From NCBI RefSeq assembly GCF_009914755.1, contig NC_060927.1: a stretch of 64,000 nucleotides of DNA. One strand, written 5' to 3'. The position numbers were made by a program, and so were the translations under genes. This document shows positions 29,136 to 43,763 of this stretch, piece by piece. Within the stretch, counting starts at the first letter, position 1; every line of letters starts with the position of its first letter. The notes below the pieces were generated by a model. The model did not search any database. It was not told where the DNA came from and was given only the letters and a program-made list of their open reading frames with translations. Origin of the DNA: the human T2T-CHM13v2.0 reference genome, Homo sapiens.

Positions 29136-30212
29136 GGTCACATAAAATGACTTTTAAAATGCTGGCCGACTATTCTAAAGTAGACAGAAAATTATCAAAC
29201 TACCATAGAAGTGCAATCTATGTGACCTTTGGGAACTGATTCCCATAAGCCAAGAGTGTGATGACTAAGGCATTCAAAAACACGGAGGAGCTGCAGGAAA
29301 TGGGCTGTGATTCATTTAGTGGGTCCCTGTGACAATCTATTCCCAAGTTGTCTTTATGGTCAGCTAGAAAGTGAGCCAAACCTGGACCCCTCTGCGGTCT
29401 CTACAAATCATAGAGTACAGCACAATTTACCCTTCCAAAGTGGGTCCTAGTTGAGCAATAGTTTAGAATTCCTTTCTGATTCAATTTTGGAGAATGACCT
29501 CTAACTGACCTAAATTCTCCTGAAGCCTAAAATTGTATGTAGTTTCCATCTTCTTTTGCTACCCTAAATTATGAAGCTCTTCTGCACAGCTGTTTAAAAA
29601 GTTGGATTCTATACAGAGTTATCAGGGACTATTTGTACATTAAATGGGTTTTTTTATGTTTAAATATAACCGGCATGCATATGAAGGGTTCAATATCTGT
29701 TTATGAGTTCATACAATCAAAACATGTTTTATGAAATGTATTTGATGTTAAATGCCACTTTGTATAAGTGTGTTATTATTTGCCATCAGAAAAAAAGGAT
29801 GTAAAAATGCCATATGGAAGCAAGAGACTAAATTTTTTTTATAATTATATTTTACTTAATCCCCAAATCGGGGCACCTGGTAAGTAAATATTAATACGTG
29901 CAACCTGGACCCCCAAAAGATCCAGATCTCATGATTGTCAGAAACTTGGGGAAACTAAGTTCTCTTAAGAAGATCTATTAGTTCCTCAAAGTCCTTATTG
30001 TGGAAATGATTAGAATTCTCTTAATTTTTTCCCTGAGTATTTTTTGAAACTTTTACATCTATTAGACCTTGGTTTTTGCAAATATTTGACAATCTTTCAA
30101 ATCTAATAGCACATAAAAAGCAATAAACAAACATAGGTTGAATAAGTGAGGAAAGCAGGAGTTTATCTGGTAGACAATAAGAGGGCCAGTGGGGGGCCTT
30201 AATATAAGTTTG

Positions 30213-30702
30213 TTGGGGGACATTTATCCATAGGTAGTTCTTGCATCTGCCTATTTTCTGAACAAAGGTATTGATAGCTTTGTTCCTTATTGTCTTTTCA
30301 AGGATGTTTGTATGGTAAATAGCCTTGGAAAAGAGAGAGTGTATGTGTCTCTGTCTAGGGCAGAGGGAAGATTTGTTTTCTCTCCAAGATAATAAAGATA
30401 ATGTTTCCCTCCAGGATAAAAGTTGGGCAGGTTGACTAGCTGGTCTTTCGGGAGATTGAGATTTTCTTAACCTAGGATTCCTAAGGTGTGACACGTATTT
30501 ACTATGTGTACAGCATTTCCTCGAGCCATTCTGCATTACCCCCTGGGACTTTGGAGGCAAGGGGGACTAATGGGAACATATAATTATGCCCTCTGTCTCT
30601 GACCCAAGGGTCTCATGCCATCTACTAGTATCTATGAAACTGTGGCAAGCTAACATACTAGCTTGAAAGCAGAGTAAAACCTCAGACTTTTCATAGTTCT
30701 TA
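30213..30702 (+). mobile_element. ERVL-class LTR (MER77/MER21 group, tentative)
   Basis: tgttgggg start; tttcaaggatgtttgtatgg; tgtctctgacccaagggtctcatg; tatgaaactgtggcaagctaac. Confidence 0.55.
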
Positions 30703-31354
30703 TTTACAGGTGATACTAACATTCAAATGCTACATTTCCACATCTTACCTATGAGACCTACCTTAGCAATCTAAACTGAGTGCGTCTATAAGGAGCCACA
30801 ATAGCTAGAAAAAGAAACAGGATTAAAAATGATGAAGGTGCTCTACCTCCTGGTCAACTATGGTAATATTTCAATTTAAGACCCTGTCCTATATTTCACA
30901 CTTTCATCAAGGCCATATATAAATGTTAGAGTGACACTGATGGTGATCTTGAAAGGGAATGAGAGAGACATTTCCCATATAAATGTTGCCATGGGCACAA
31001 CAATTCTATTCTCTGCTTTCCTAAACTCTGGGTGTTCTTTCAGTGGCTTCCAGCACCCATTGACATTTCCTGTCCAGAACTATAATTTTATCTTGCCATT
31101 CTGGCTCTTTTGTCATAAATGTTAAAACTTTTCTGAATACAGTTAGTAAGATATATCAAAGAACGTTAATTTATAGGTTAAAATCTAAGCTCAAAAACAC
31201 CAAGCCCTATTTTGCCTTTCCTGGTATTAGAAGATGGGGAACTTCTCTGTTTCTTACAATAATACAGATTTGATTGTAAGGATAAATGCACAGGAGCAGT
31301 TGGATACAGATATATAATTGAAATGAATAAGTTACTTAGAGAAAATGCTTGAAC

Positions 31355-31669
31355 TATGCTGTCGATAGGCTAGCCACTAGTCATGTATGGCTACAGAGTA
31401 CTTGAAATGTGGCTACTCCAAATTGTCATGTTGTAAGTGTAAAGACACTGATTTTGAAGACCGATTACCAAACAAAATGTAAATACTCATTAATATATTT
31501 TTATATTGATTTCATGTTGAAATGATAATACTTTAGATATGTTGGGTTAAATAAAATACAATATTAAAATGATTTTTGTTTCTTTTTTACCTTTTTTTCA
31601 TGGCTACTAGAAAACTTAAAAATTATATATATGATTTTTTTTGTATTCTATTTCTATTGGACGCTGCTG
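31355..31669. mobile_element. MER33/MER3 hAT-Charlie MITE
   Basis: gctgtcgataggctagccactagtcatgtatggcta...cttgaaatgtggcta ... tttctattggacgctgctg. Confidence 0.8.
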
Positions 31670-32787
31670 TGCTGGACTATTCCTTGCCATCTACCTTAGT
31701 GATATAAACTGAGTGGGGCTATAAGAAATCTTAGGGCTGATCCAATAGTTATAAACTAAATCATGTCAACTGTTAAACAATTGATGAAAGACTTAAATCA
31801 CTTGAGGACTTTCAAATAGAGTGCAGTTTCTTTAGGGCAAGGGTCATTATATTAATAGATTGTCATAACTTTCCTTTTCCCTACTGACGATTAGTATCTC
31901 ACTTAGCTTAATAATTTTTGTGAGTTGAATGAATAATAAGAAACTCCAGGAAAAAGAAAACCTACAAGTGTGGCGTTTTGGAATATGAGGAGATTGTACA
32001 TATTAATTCCAAACAGGATGCCTGCATATTCTATTACTTCTCTTAGCCGTCATTTGTAGTCTTCATTTCAGACAGCAGCCTTACGGTGCAATTTATCTAT
32101 CCATAGATCTTTCTGTTTTTTTTTTAAGAAATCTAAGCTGGGAATGCTTGTTTTTTCTCATGCATATTCACTTCTTTTAGAACACATAGGATAGTAATGG
32201 GGGTTAATTAAAGTGAGAATCACTTGTGCACAGATAAGTAAGTTAATAGATTCATAAGCAAAAAAAAAATTTTTTTTCTTAAGATTGTGACCTTATAAAG
32301 TCATTCAATAAGTTTTTGTGTGTAGGGACATAGAAAGTCCTAACAGATAGGACAAAGAAGCAGTTTCCATGACGCCCTTGTGCTATCTTCATATCTTGCT
32401 TTATCTGCTTGTGGGAAATTCTACCAGTGAACAGGGAGAGATGTTCCCAAAATGTAAGATCCATGGCCATTAGCACTCATGTATGTTGTGGCAGAAATTA
32501 ATGGCTGGCATATGAGAGGCAGGGGTAAAGAAAGCAGCAGTATTCTAAGATCTATAAAGCATATTTGGTGTGTTCTTTGTTAGGTTTAATCAATAGTGAT
32601 GCTGGTAAATGAAGGATAATTAACACATAGCAGTTATGTTATAAATACTAATATAAACTTACTTTGTGATAAGCCATTTATATTATATGGTTTTTAAAGA
32701 TACCTAAGAGGAGAGATGTTATCCCTTTTTTTATAATTAAAAATAGCCTAACTTTGAGAGAGAGGTTAAGTGTCGTGCCTAGAGATA

Positions 32788-33142
32788 GGCTATGATCTGA
32801 GTGTTTTTATTTCCCCCCAAATTCATATGTTGAAATCCTCACTCCCAAGTTTATAGTATCAGGAGATGGGACTTTGGGCGGGGGTGGTGGTGGTGATTAG
32901 GTCATAAAAGAAATTAGTTGCTTTATCAAAGAGGCAGGAGAGATATTCCTTGCTTATTCCCCTGTGTGAGGACACAGTAAGAAGGCACTGTCTACAAGCA
33001 AGAAAGCTGGCCCCCGCCAGACAATGAATGGTGCCTTGATCTTGGACTTCCCAGCTTCCAGAACTGTGGGAAATAAATTATTGTTGTTAATAAGTCACCC
33101 AGTCTGTAGTATTTTGTTATAGCAGTCCACTGGACTAAGACA
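32788..33142 (+). mobile_element. MLT1A/A0 MaLR solo LTR inserted into a MIR (MIR about 32715-33225)
   Basis: ccccaaattcatatgttgaaatcc...gccttgatcttggacttcccagcttccagaactgtgggaaataaa...ttttgttatagcag...actaagaca. Confidence 0.88.
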
Positions 33143-33684
33143 GGACATAATGCTTCTCAGGAAAAGAGTCAAAATTCGAAACCATGTCTAGGCTAACTCC
33201 AAAGTCCCTGCTTTCTATTAAACACATTCCACCTCCTCTCCAATGTAACAATGGCATTATTATAATAATAATAATGATAGAGGAAAAACACAAATAGTGT
33301 CCACTGCATTATCCTTACAATTACCTGTTGTTTCTGCCTTCCTCCATTTCTCCTTCTCTTCCTCCCTCCCTCGCTTCTCCTGATCCTCTTCCCCATCTCC
33401 TACTCTGGCTTTTACTATTTCTCACTCTCCCTTTCCTCTCCTTCTCCCCCTAATAATTCTCCCTTTCTTTTTCTAGTTTCATTCATTTTTCCTTCCCTCT
33501 TTTCCAGCTTTTACTACCTAAGCTGCAGTCCTCTCAACACCCTCTGGGAACCTTGAGTTGTGATAAAGTCTGGTTGCTAAAGCAATGCAAATGGCTATTG
33601 CAATAACTCAAGAGGCCAATATAGCCCCAAATTTCCTTAGACTTGAAGATAATTTTTCCACAAAATACTACAGATGTTCTATTA

Positions 33685-33855
33685 GCATAGAATCCTAGAA
33701 TGGCAGAGCTGGAAGGGAACTTGGAACTTACCTAGCCTGATACCTACATGAAATACCAAACTGAACTCTAGCTCCGGGAAGCTAAGAGGCTGCCCCCAGG
33801 GGACCAAGCTGGTTAGTGAAAAAGCCAGAACCAGGATCTAGGAATTCTTATTTTA
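33685..33855 (-). mobile_element. MIR fragment
   Basis: agaatggcagagctggaagggaacttgga...agctggttagtg...agccagaaccagga. Confidence 0.55.
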
Positions 33856-34519
33856 GTTTCTAGGAAGGTGCATGAAAAATTAAGTAGAAATGTGAAAATG
33901 CAAATCTATTGACTAGCATTAAGTGAGGCTTATAAAAGTGAAGTTTGTTTCCTTGTTCCATACAGATGTTGAGATGATACATGAAATAATGTGTGTAAAA
34001 GTGCTCAGTGCTCTTAGAAAGGCCTGATTTAAATGTGAGGTAATACGTACGTATTGCCTAAAAATTAAAGAATGACCTTTCATAGACTTAAGCCAACCCG
34101 AAGGAGTTGTTGGACTATAAACCCTTTAATGCTGTTTAACCTAGGTGACAAGACTTCTCTTTATATGTAATACATGGCTATTGAATGGATGCCAAGTAGA
34201 TGTCTGTTTTACCACTGTTTCTGTTCAGCAGAAAAACTTTCTCTGGGTAAGTATATAATGTAGTGCCTGAACAGCTGCAGATGCAGTAGATGGATTCCAA
34301 TTTTTCTCTGCCTCTATCTGATTCCCCAGCTGATCCTAAAAGAAAATTTATTGCTGGAGTCTAATTTGACTCACAGTTAGGTCTCGTCTCTCCTATCCAA
34401 TGTGTGCTTTGGTTGAGGGAGGTAGCTCATTTTAGAGGAAAGACGTCTGTGCTGAGTGGCAAAACCTTAATCCTATATGAAGTTGTGATTCTAATTAGCC
34501 AAATAATTTGTACAAAATA

Positions 34520-34665
34520 TGTAACCATTTGCTTCATTTTATCATCTGTAAAATGCAGGTAATATTGGCATTGATCTCCAAAAATAAGTAGTAACTGAGA
34601 TGATGTGGATGTTATAATTTACTCAGAATCTGACACATTGTGAGGCTCTAAAAATATTAGTTATT
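34520..34665 (+). mobile_element. MIR fragment
   Basis: ttcattttatcatctgtaaaatgcaggtaata core. Confidence 0.55.
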
Positions 34666-36689
34666 AGTTTTTTGTTTGCATGAAACTTTGTTTCAGGTGT
34701 TAGGATTTAGACTGTCAATATTTCTGTCTTTTAATAAGCAGCTTCAGAAAATTGTGTTTATCACTCAGATCAAAGCTCTGTGAACTGGAATTGCATTTCA
34801 GAAGAACAGATTGATGCCCCACACATGAGATATCTTTCCCCAACAGGCCAAAATGTTTTACAGATTGGATGTTTGGCACAGAACAGCATTCTGAAATAAA
34901 ACTCCTATTGTTTTTCTCTTTCTTCTTATAAAAGTTTTTAAAGGGAATTGCAATCTTGGTTATTTATTTGCTTCCATGGAGAGAAAGAAAAAGAGCACAT
35001 CTGTTTGCAATAGTGAATTGAAAGGTCTAAAAATAAATATGCTTTAAAGAAAAGAAACAAAACTTTGTTGGCATTCTAAATCCAATCGGCACAAGGAAAA
35101 TGTTTTTTCTAGAGAAGATTGGCTTCCTTTAAAAAAGAAAGAGAGAGCAAATAATGTAGAATTATACAGTTCTAGTGAAGTGGTTCACCACATAAAAATG
35201 TATTTTTTTTTACTCATAAATAGTTTTAAATGTGACGTAATATCTTAACATTTACATTTTAATTCTGAATATACCCTGTGCCTGTCATTTTCCCTAAAAA
35301 GGGACTGGTGAGATATAAAAATGATTCCTTTACTCTGATAATCTGGAATTAGAAAGTAAAATGTCAAAGGACAAATATCTATAGTTTGTGTTGGCTCTAG
35401 TCTTGGAAAATTCGGTTGCTTTCTACAGTGAAAAGTGCTTTACTTAGATACACATTTTAGATTGTGTTGCCACCTTTTCATCACTTTATATGGAACGTAA
35501 AAGCCATCCATTGTAAAATAGGCTTAGAAATACTATTCTGACTATAACCATTTCACAGAGAAGGGAACCATCATGCCAAATGACCTACAGGGCAGTTTTC
35601 TCTTGGGAAGCCTAGATCAACTAAGGTTAGGGAGTGGAAGTGGTAGGGGAGAAATTAGGGTTGATGAATAAAGGGGAGCTTAGAGGAAATGGAATAGAAA
35701 ACAAATGGGATCGATAGAGATGGAAGGGCTGCTGGGGTATCTTGAAAGACAAACACTGGCTGCTCAAAAGCAGCTGAGCCAGAAAATCCTTGCAAATGGG
35801 CCGCTAAAAGGCATTTGTCCCAGCGAAGAGAAGGAGGTCCAGGAAAGAGAGATAAGGGTTAAGAAGCATTTCTAGAGATGAGAGCATAGGCTTGCTAGTT
35901 AAAATCATCCTAAAGAAGGGAGGATGTGCACAGGAATATTAGTGAAGTGCTTGCCGTCCTTGGTGAGCCCAGAAAGTTAAATACTCTTTTACCTGGGTCA
36001 AAGCATATCTCAAGTGATAAATTGGAAATAAATCTAAATAAGTGATTAATATATTAAACAATTGAATACTTCAATGTAGTTGTAACCTGCGAGTTTAATA
36101 TTCAGTATTTGCTCTAGAAATGGCATTTTTAGTAAAGTAATGTACAGGATAAAATACCAGGAAAATAAGTGAGAATATTGAACCCTTGTGTGGTTGACCT
36201 GCCTAAGTTAGCCCTTCCATGTTACCTATCTAGAAATGGGTAAACGCATTACATGTAATGTATATTGCATATATAAGTGGCTGCCCTCATCTTGTAATAG
36301 GGCACATTAGTCTGTCCCTGAGGAAATCTTATAAATAACTCTTAGCATTTCCTGATATTCCAAGCCTTTCCACCTTTTCCTCCAGGCAAAATTTACTGGT
36401 GTCACATTTCCTTGAGCTTGCAATATCATAAACAAGACATTTAAAAATACTATTTGGAGTAGGTCAGTGCCCTCAAGGCCATGGAGAAACTTATATATTT
36501 TAATAGAGTCCTTAGAAAATATGAAGGTCCTCTGTAATGGTGGCATAACCTGAAACAGTCTCTAAAATACATCTTCTGTTAACTCTTTAGTTTTTCATAT
36601 CATTATGATTTGGACATTAAAAATGTCTGTTCAAGTAATCACTCAGAGTTTCCCATATTTGCCATCTGTACCTTCTTACCTCATTTATA

Positions 36690-38100
36690 CACTCCATCCT
36701 AGTCTGATCAGCTATCTCACGCCATCCAAACTGCTCTTAGAAGGTCATCTGGGTTTCATATTTTCATTCCTTCTTTTAACTTGCCAACTTGTCAGTATTT
36801 GCCACAATTTTGGTTTAAAAGGCCTTATCCTTTTGATTCTGGGAAGCACTCTCTGTTTTGCTTCTACCTCCTTTGCTTCCTTCTCAATCTCTTTTGGAAG
36901 ACCTTCCTCTTAAACCCGATGAGCAAGTATTTGAATTCTTCAGGACTCTATATTATCACCTTTCTTGTGTCTCTCCACATTTCCCTCCCAGATGCTCTCA
37001 GCCACTTATGGCTTCATTCATGATGATATATTTACATCTTCAACCAAGACTCCTCTTCTGAGCTTCTAACAAGTATATGCAACTATTAATTTAACAAATC
37101 TACTCCAATTAAATGGTATAAAGGTACTCTCAAGATTTTCACTTTTGATTCCCTCTTCAATGAATAGCACCAGTGCTTGCCCACTTTCTCATGTCAGAAA
37201 CCTGGGCACCAGCTTTGTGGCCTCTTTCTTCTTAATATCTGCTCAATCACCTAAGCTTGTTAAGAATCTTCCAATGTATGTCTTCCCTAACACAAGCTAC
37301 CAACACATCTCATCCTGGTTTCCTTCAAAAGTCTCCTAAATGATATATGTTTACCTATTTACCTGCTTCCAGTCTATTCTCCAGATAGTTATTAGAATAA
37401 TTGTTTATTTTAAAAAGACTAATCTAATCTTATCACTCCACCACTTAACACTTTTATATATCTCCCCATGACTCTTAGATTAAATTCTATTGGACTTTTA
37501 TAAAACTAACAGTCCTTACCCTGGTCCTAAAGTCTTATATGACCTTTTCCTTGTTTATCTCTTAGGCCGCATATCCTAAAAATCTCCCACTTTCTCACTA
37601 GTGCTTCATTCTTCAGGACTAACTTTTGGTTGTTTAGCTGTCTGAGTTCTTCTTGCACTGGAATAATGACTCAATTTAAAGCTTTTTCTCCCATCCATTT
37701 GCTCTTAACTTGGCACATTCTTCATCATTCTTTTGCATTAATTTTAGCTATAACTTCCTCAGAGAAACTGTACTGTTCATCTATACCAATTTAAGGCTAT
37801 CATGTTTTATCTTTCAGTATATCTAATACATAATTAGCTTCATAGTTTATATAACAAACTGAAATAATTAACTGTGTAACAATGTGTTTAATTTTTGTGT
37901 CCCTCACTGAAATCTGAACAGAGTTTGATCTAGATCTTTCTTATTCACTACTCTATCCCTAATACTTTATCTCCCTATATTTCCACTGTATTTACAATAC
38001 TGTATTTTCACTACATTTAGTATCATGCCTTTCTGCAGGTCTCAATACATAGCTTTTGAATAAATAAATGAATGTAAAAATGGATGAATGAATGAATGAG
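36690..38100 (+). mobile_element. L2 LINE 3' portion
   Basis: Pyrimidine-rich L2 motifs (gtcagaaacctgggcacc; aatctaatcttatcactccacc) ending in ctcaatacat...gaatgaatgaatgag. Confidence 0.75.
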
Positions 38101-38229
38101 TAAAATTATCATCATGATACTTAAAAAAATGGTGGTCTAAATGTTTCAAAACACAAAAGCCTTGTAGTTATACCAAGTATGAATAACCAGTGTTAAAGAA
38201 TTATGTTCATTGTATTGTTGTTTGATTAC

Positions 38230-38700
38230 CTCTAAGGTCAAAACAAAGCTTTTGATACCAACTAAAGTGTACTCCCTTAGATCGTTAGCTATAGACAAGC
38301 ATAACCCTTTGGGAAGCAATTTGGCAACGGATTTTAAGAGATGTGCAAATAAATATGCTCCCTGGCTGAATAATCCTACTTGTAAGTATCCTTATAAGCC
38401 TGAAGACCACAGCAAGATTTCATCCTAGAAAATCTAAATTTGGAAACAACCCAGATGTCTGAAAATAGAAAACTGGTAAAATAGATTGCAATACATCTTT
38501 TTTCCAATGGAATAAATTAAAATTAAATACTTCAAATATGCACACAAAATGATTATAGCTTTAGAAAATATGCATGTGCAAAAATGCAGAATTATATTCA
38601 TACAAAGTATTATAGTTAACTGGTTAGGTTGGTGAAGAGGTTAAGGGAGATTATTTCACTCTATTTGCCAAACTGTAATTTTGTTTCTGTAACTGGATTT
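38230..38700 (+). mobile_element. L1ME-type 3' fragment
   Basis: aaccctttgggaagcaatttggcaa; aatttggaaacaacccagatgtc. Confidence 0.55.
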
Positions 38701-40378
38701 ATGTTTAAATCTATTTAACTTTTTACCTGGCAGGTCTGTATTATCTGTCCTTGGTTTTAATTTCTTGCAATTTCATAAGCCACATGACAGAAAGTGAAGT
38801 TGTATTCATTTTTCTCTATTCTAACATACATCATCTAAAACAGTTCAGTGATACTACAGAGTGGATTGCCCTAGAATATGGTAAATATTCTAATGGAAGT
38901 ATGAAGAGAAACACCCAAAAAAGAGTGCTCGTGCCCCTTGAGTAATGAGAAACCTGGGAAAAAACGTCAAACAGGAAATATTTTTTAGAAGAAGTAAGGA
39001 TGGCTAAGATGGTGGAAGATTTTCTGAGGAATTTTGAGCATATTTATTTTACTTTCTCTTTCTTCTTAATAGCAATATTTTTTCAGGATATTTTCTGGAA
39101 AAGTTGAGAATTTGATGAGCCCATACAGTGGGAGGGATTAAGATTGACATAATAGGAACACATGTGATTCAATTGCCCAGGACATTTTTGTTTTATTTTA
39201 AGTAGATATTTTTTTTCCTCCCAAATCAGAGATACATTCTTCTTTAACAAGAGAATTGAAGCCAATTCTGAAATTTTAATTCAAACCCTTAAAGTTACAC
39301 AAGAACCAGAAGAAAAGCATTAAAAAATTCCAGAAAGAGAAATGTCTTTCAATTATTTCCTAGACTTTGATGACTCAGGAAGAATTGTGTGTGAGAAAAA
39401 AAAAATGTAAAGGTCATGTTTAACATTCAGATATAAACAGAGCAATTCCTTTCTTTAAGGATACTTTTAAACAAATACTTGAAATAAAACTTATTGCTTA
39501 AAATTTTCTATTAAATTATGATGGTAATTCTTATATAAGTGAGAGACTGATAACTATTTTTATTTTTCTAATTGACTAGATTTCCAGGAAATGTCAGTCC
39601 ATCGTCTTTCTCATTTGTCAGTCTGACCTACATTAGACTTTTTTTTCTTCTTTAAATATTCATCTGCTTAAAATGTTAAGAAAATTACTCATGGTTTCTT
39701 GGAAAGCTTCCCCACCCCCTCCCATTCTCATCAGATATAGCAGGAATTCTCAGGAAGTGCCTCCTACAGCCAGATCTGCCTTCTTCAGGCACATTTTCTC
39801 CTGCACTGAGCCTGCTGCAGTGGGTTACCATCTCACAAAGATATTTTTTGCAGTTTGTCTCGACAAGTTTATCCACTTGCAACCCAACACTTGATACCAA
39901 GCCAAGGGGCATCACTTTGTACATATTTAGTGCATGTAAGGGTGCAGCTGCATAGTGCATTTGACTTTTAAGGAATACATCCATTGGATTTACAGCGACA
40001 TATTTTCTTAGACTGCTGGTTCAGCCGACTCAGCACAGTGCAAGGACTGTAAGACATAACAATTCCATGCTAGCTCACAGGCCCCCAGAGTGCACAGAGA
40101 CTTTCTTTAAACTCCTAAGGCAAGCACTGGGATGTTATAAAACTTCAGAGCGAAGTCTTTTCTCAAGGAAACTGATTCTTCACACTGGGATAGTGTATGC
40201 TTATCCACAGTGGTGAAATTCTTGAATTTAGACTAGAAATTGGATTATAAACTGCCTCTGGGCAGGTAGCAGCAGCTTTAATCATTTAGGCCAGATGCTT
40301 CCATCCCGGAGGAATAACTGCTGAATAAGTGAGAAAAGGAAGTTTATTTCCCAAGCTGTCCTCTTCTGTCTCATGTAA

Positions 40379-40380
<2 letters not shown>

Positions 40381-40420
<40 letters not shown>
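40381..40420 (+). repeat. (CT)n microsatellite
   Basis: Direct observation. Confidence 0.97.
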
Positions 40421-40425
<5 letters not shown>

Positions 40426-41559
40426 TTCATTAGCTAGTCGTCTAGGGAACAAGAGTCCTATCAAGAGAATTTGCCAAAGCTAAGCCCAAGAATAAAAGCT
40501 TATTTGGCAACACTGGATATCATAAGCATACATTTTTTTAAAAGTTTTAAAATATTTTCTGTGAGAAACCAATTTTTGTGAATTCAAATGATTTTATAAT
40601 TACTTTCCAACATAAAAAATACATTTACAGCGTGGCCAAAAAATATCTGTTCTTAAAATATTGACATATTTTCTAAATACATTTTATGAGCCTTCAGACA
40701 TTTTCTGGTACACTGTGAGAACTCTAATAAAAGCACAAGTGCTCCAGATGTCTTACTATTTGTTTAAAAATTTTTAAATGGTAAAAAAAAAAAATATATA
40801 AAAAAAGAGCAGTAAAGGCAATCGATATTTGTGTAAAATATTAGTTTCATCTGCCCAAGGCTTTAAGAGATTTCAAAGACTGCTGTGTGCACATGTATGT
40901 GAATATTCTGAAACAAAATTTAAGAATCTTCCTGAATTAAGTAGAAATAATGGTTAAGTCTTTTTTAAAATGTTAAATTACAGGGGATTTTTTTTTGTTG
41001 AGGAAGTCCATTATATGTATTTTCCACTCACAAACAAAACACCAAACTTGACCTTTACTTTTTTTCTTGACCCTTAGACATGTGATAAAATATTTTGGGT
41101 ACAATATTCGTCATTCTCAAAGTCAGGTACAATCTTCACAAGACCTCCTATGATGGAAGGAAAAGAATAATCAACTCAATGTAGTTTGTTTGGTTTTTAG
41201 TTTCCTAACATTTTTTCTTTAAAGTACACATTTGTAGTAGGAGATAAATGAGCTCTAAACCACTCTGGTGGTATTTGTTAATTACTTGTTAAAAATATCT
41301 TTAACTGAAACGAGTTGTTGAGAAATTTTGTTGGGATGAATTTTTAGAATTTAGAATAATAAATCTTTCATTTCATCTGTCTGAGTTATGAGCTCACACT
41401 CAGAAATGTACAGACTTCTTTCTAGTCCTTTGCTTTCTGGGATTTTCCAGCACTAGACAATGACACAGTGGGAAGAAACACTAGCTGTGAGTTCAGTGAG
41501 CTGACCCAATAAGATTAAAATTGCTTTAAACAAAATGCTAAGAAAAACAAGCGTTGTCA

Positions 41560-41700
41560 ATTTTGATCTAATGTTCATGTTCTGCCATCACGTAGCTGTG
41601 GGATCTTAGGCGAGCTACCTTGATTTTCTGGGATTTAATTTTCTCATCTGTAAGTAAGATGTTTGATTAGATTAATTCTTTCAAGCCTTTATATTTTAAG
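41560..41700 (+). mobile_element. MIR fragment
   Basis: tctgccatcacgtagctgtgggatcttaggcgag...ttttctcatctgtaa. Confidence 0.6.
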
Positions 41701-43763
41701 GTAAGGAAGCATATTCTATAAAACTGATGAAATCAAGAGTTCCATATTGGGAAGATTCCATAGGTTGGAAGATGTAGAAACCAGTTTACTTAAAATTTCA
41801 CTTCTTCAAAAAATTACTCTGCCCTGTGAGGGATTTCTTTAGATCACAGTTTGAAAACTATTGGGCCAGATATTCTCCAAACCCCCTACCACCTCAAATA
41901 TTCTGTGATTCTAGATGCTATTCCAGAGGTATGTAAAAATTTGGAATTTAGAGTTCAAATAGACTTCAGAATTTATTAACTCAATATCCTCATTTTAAAG
42001 ATATTAAAATTAAGAACCAATTTTATCAAGTTCCTAAAAGTTGGATCCTTAAACCTAGCACTTTCTAAACACACTGGAGCCAGATTAACCAGAATGGATT
42101 CCCTAGATTGCCAGGATTTTTTCTAAAAGGAAGAAATGATAGAAGTCAGCTACTCCCTCACCTGCATACATTGTTCAAATTTGTTTTATCTGTAGGCTTG
42201 TGGTTTAAGATTATGCAGAGGAAGAGAACATAAAGGGTAAGTCTGAGAAAGTGGATTATGCCATGGGGTATCCTCACCTGAAAGACTCAAAGAAAGTATA
42301 TTAATTTTATGGCTCCATTGAAGCATTGATTGGATCTGTTTGGAGAAGTGTGAGACCTCCAGATTCAACTGGAACCCAAAATAATCTTGAGGTTCTATTA
42401 TTCAAATCACTCCACCCACGTTTGGACTTTTCTTAACAAAGGCACTATTGAAATAATTATTGTGAGTTTATAGCAGAAGGGTTTTTATTCCAGAATATTC
42501 TGTATGTACAAACGGTATATTTCCCTTTTAGATTTTTTTTCAATATGGCACTACTTTCTTGGAAAGAACAAAGTCTGAGGCTTTACAGATAAGAAGTAGC
42601 TGTGAGAATTTCTACTGTGAGGTGCTAAAGTGAAAAACAGAAAGCAATTGCATTGGTGAGCTTTCCTAGAGTTGTGTCCTGGAGTGATTGAGATAGCTCT
42701 GTAAGTCATGCACCACTCCTAAACTATATTTATGTGTGATTTCTTCTTCTTCTTCTTTTTTCTTTTTTGTATACCCTACCTTAAACTGGGAGTTAAGAAA
42801 CTAGGTTTCTAATCTTAGTTCCTACCTAAGCTCACGGTGTGGCCCTGGGCAAATCAATTAACTTTTGTCACCTTATTTAGACATAACATCAATATGCTAA
42901 AACTCGAAAAACAGACATTTTCAAAGTGACTTGAACACTACGGCCAAAAAGATATTACTTTGGAGAAATCATATGTTCAAAGAATTTCAATGATTATTGG
43001 CAAGAAATGGTGAATTTCACTGGTGATGTCTGCCAGTAAGCTGGTTCTATTTTGGAGGACGTGATAAGATGTAACAATAAATTTGGAAGTAAGTGGCCCC
43101 AGTGAGAAAATTACATTTCAAACATTTCTTCTGGACTCACTAATGGAACACAAAGTATGTCAGTAGAGACTAAAAATGTAAAGGTAGTTTGAAAAATATT
43201 TAACCTTGAAGAAGAATAAATTTATTATGTTTCTAGGAGTGTTCTAGGAAAATATTGTCTAATCAGAATAGTGAAATGCTGGAATCACTTCTTTTTTAAT
43301 TGGTTTACTAACCCATGTCTTCAATAGGTCTCCTTAAGAGCAAGGATTCAATCAGCTACAACCCTGAAGGTGATCTTTACACATATACCTTGCTTAGCAC
43401 TTAGTGGCTACTCAATAAACGGTAATTCATTGAAATCTTGACATATTTTATTAACTTCACTGTGGAGTGGTAGTTGAGGGAAGAACAAAGCCATTTCATG
43501 ATTTGGATAAGGGTTAGACAGGTAGAGCATGTAGGCATTGTTCTTGGCCAATAATAGAATTACCTAGTTATTGTTCAGAAAGGGAAAAGAGGGGGAAAAA
43601 ATTGACCCTCAGGCTTTTTCATATATTATCTTCTTAAACAGGCAATTTATTACGAAATCTTTCTCAAGTCATAATGTATACAATTATACTCCTACTAATT
43701 TACAGATTTGTTTGCCTGAAATAGATGAAAATGTTCAGTCTTGAGTTCCTATTTTAAAAGACT

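Noticed and set aside
30021-30560. 179-aa ORF
   Set aside because: Lies antisense within an old LTR, has a non-ATG start and no recognisable domain.
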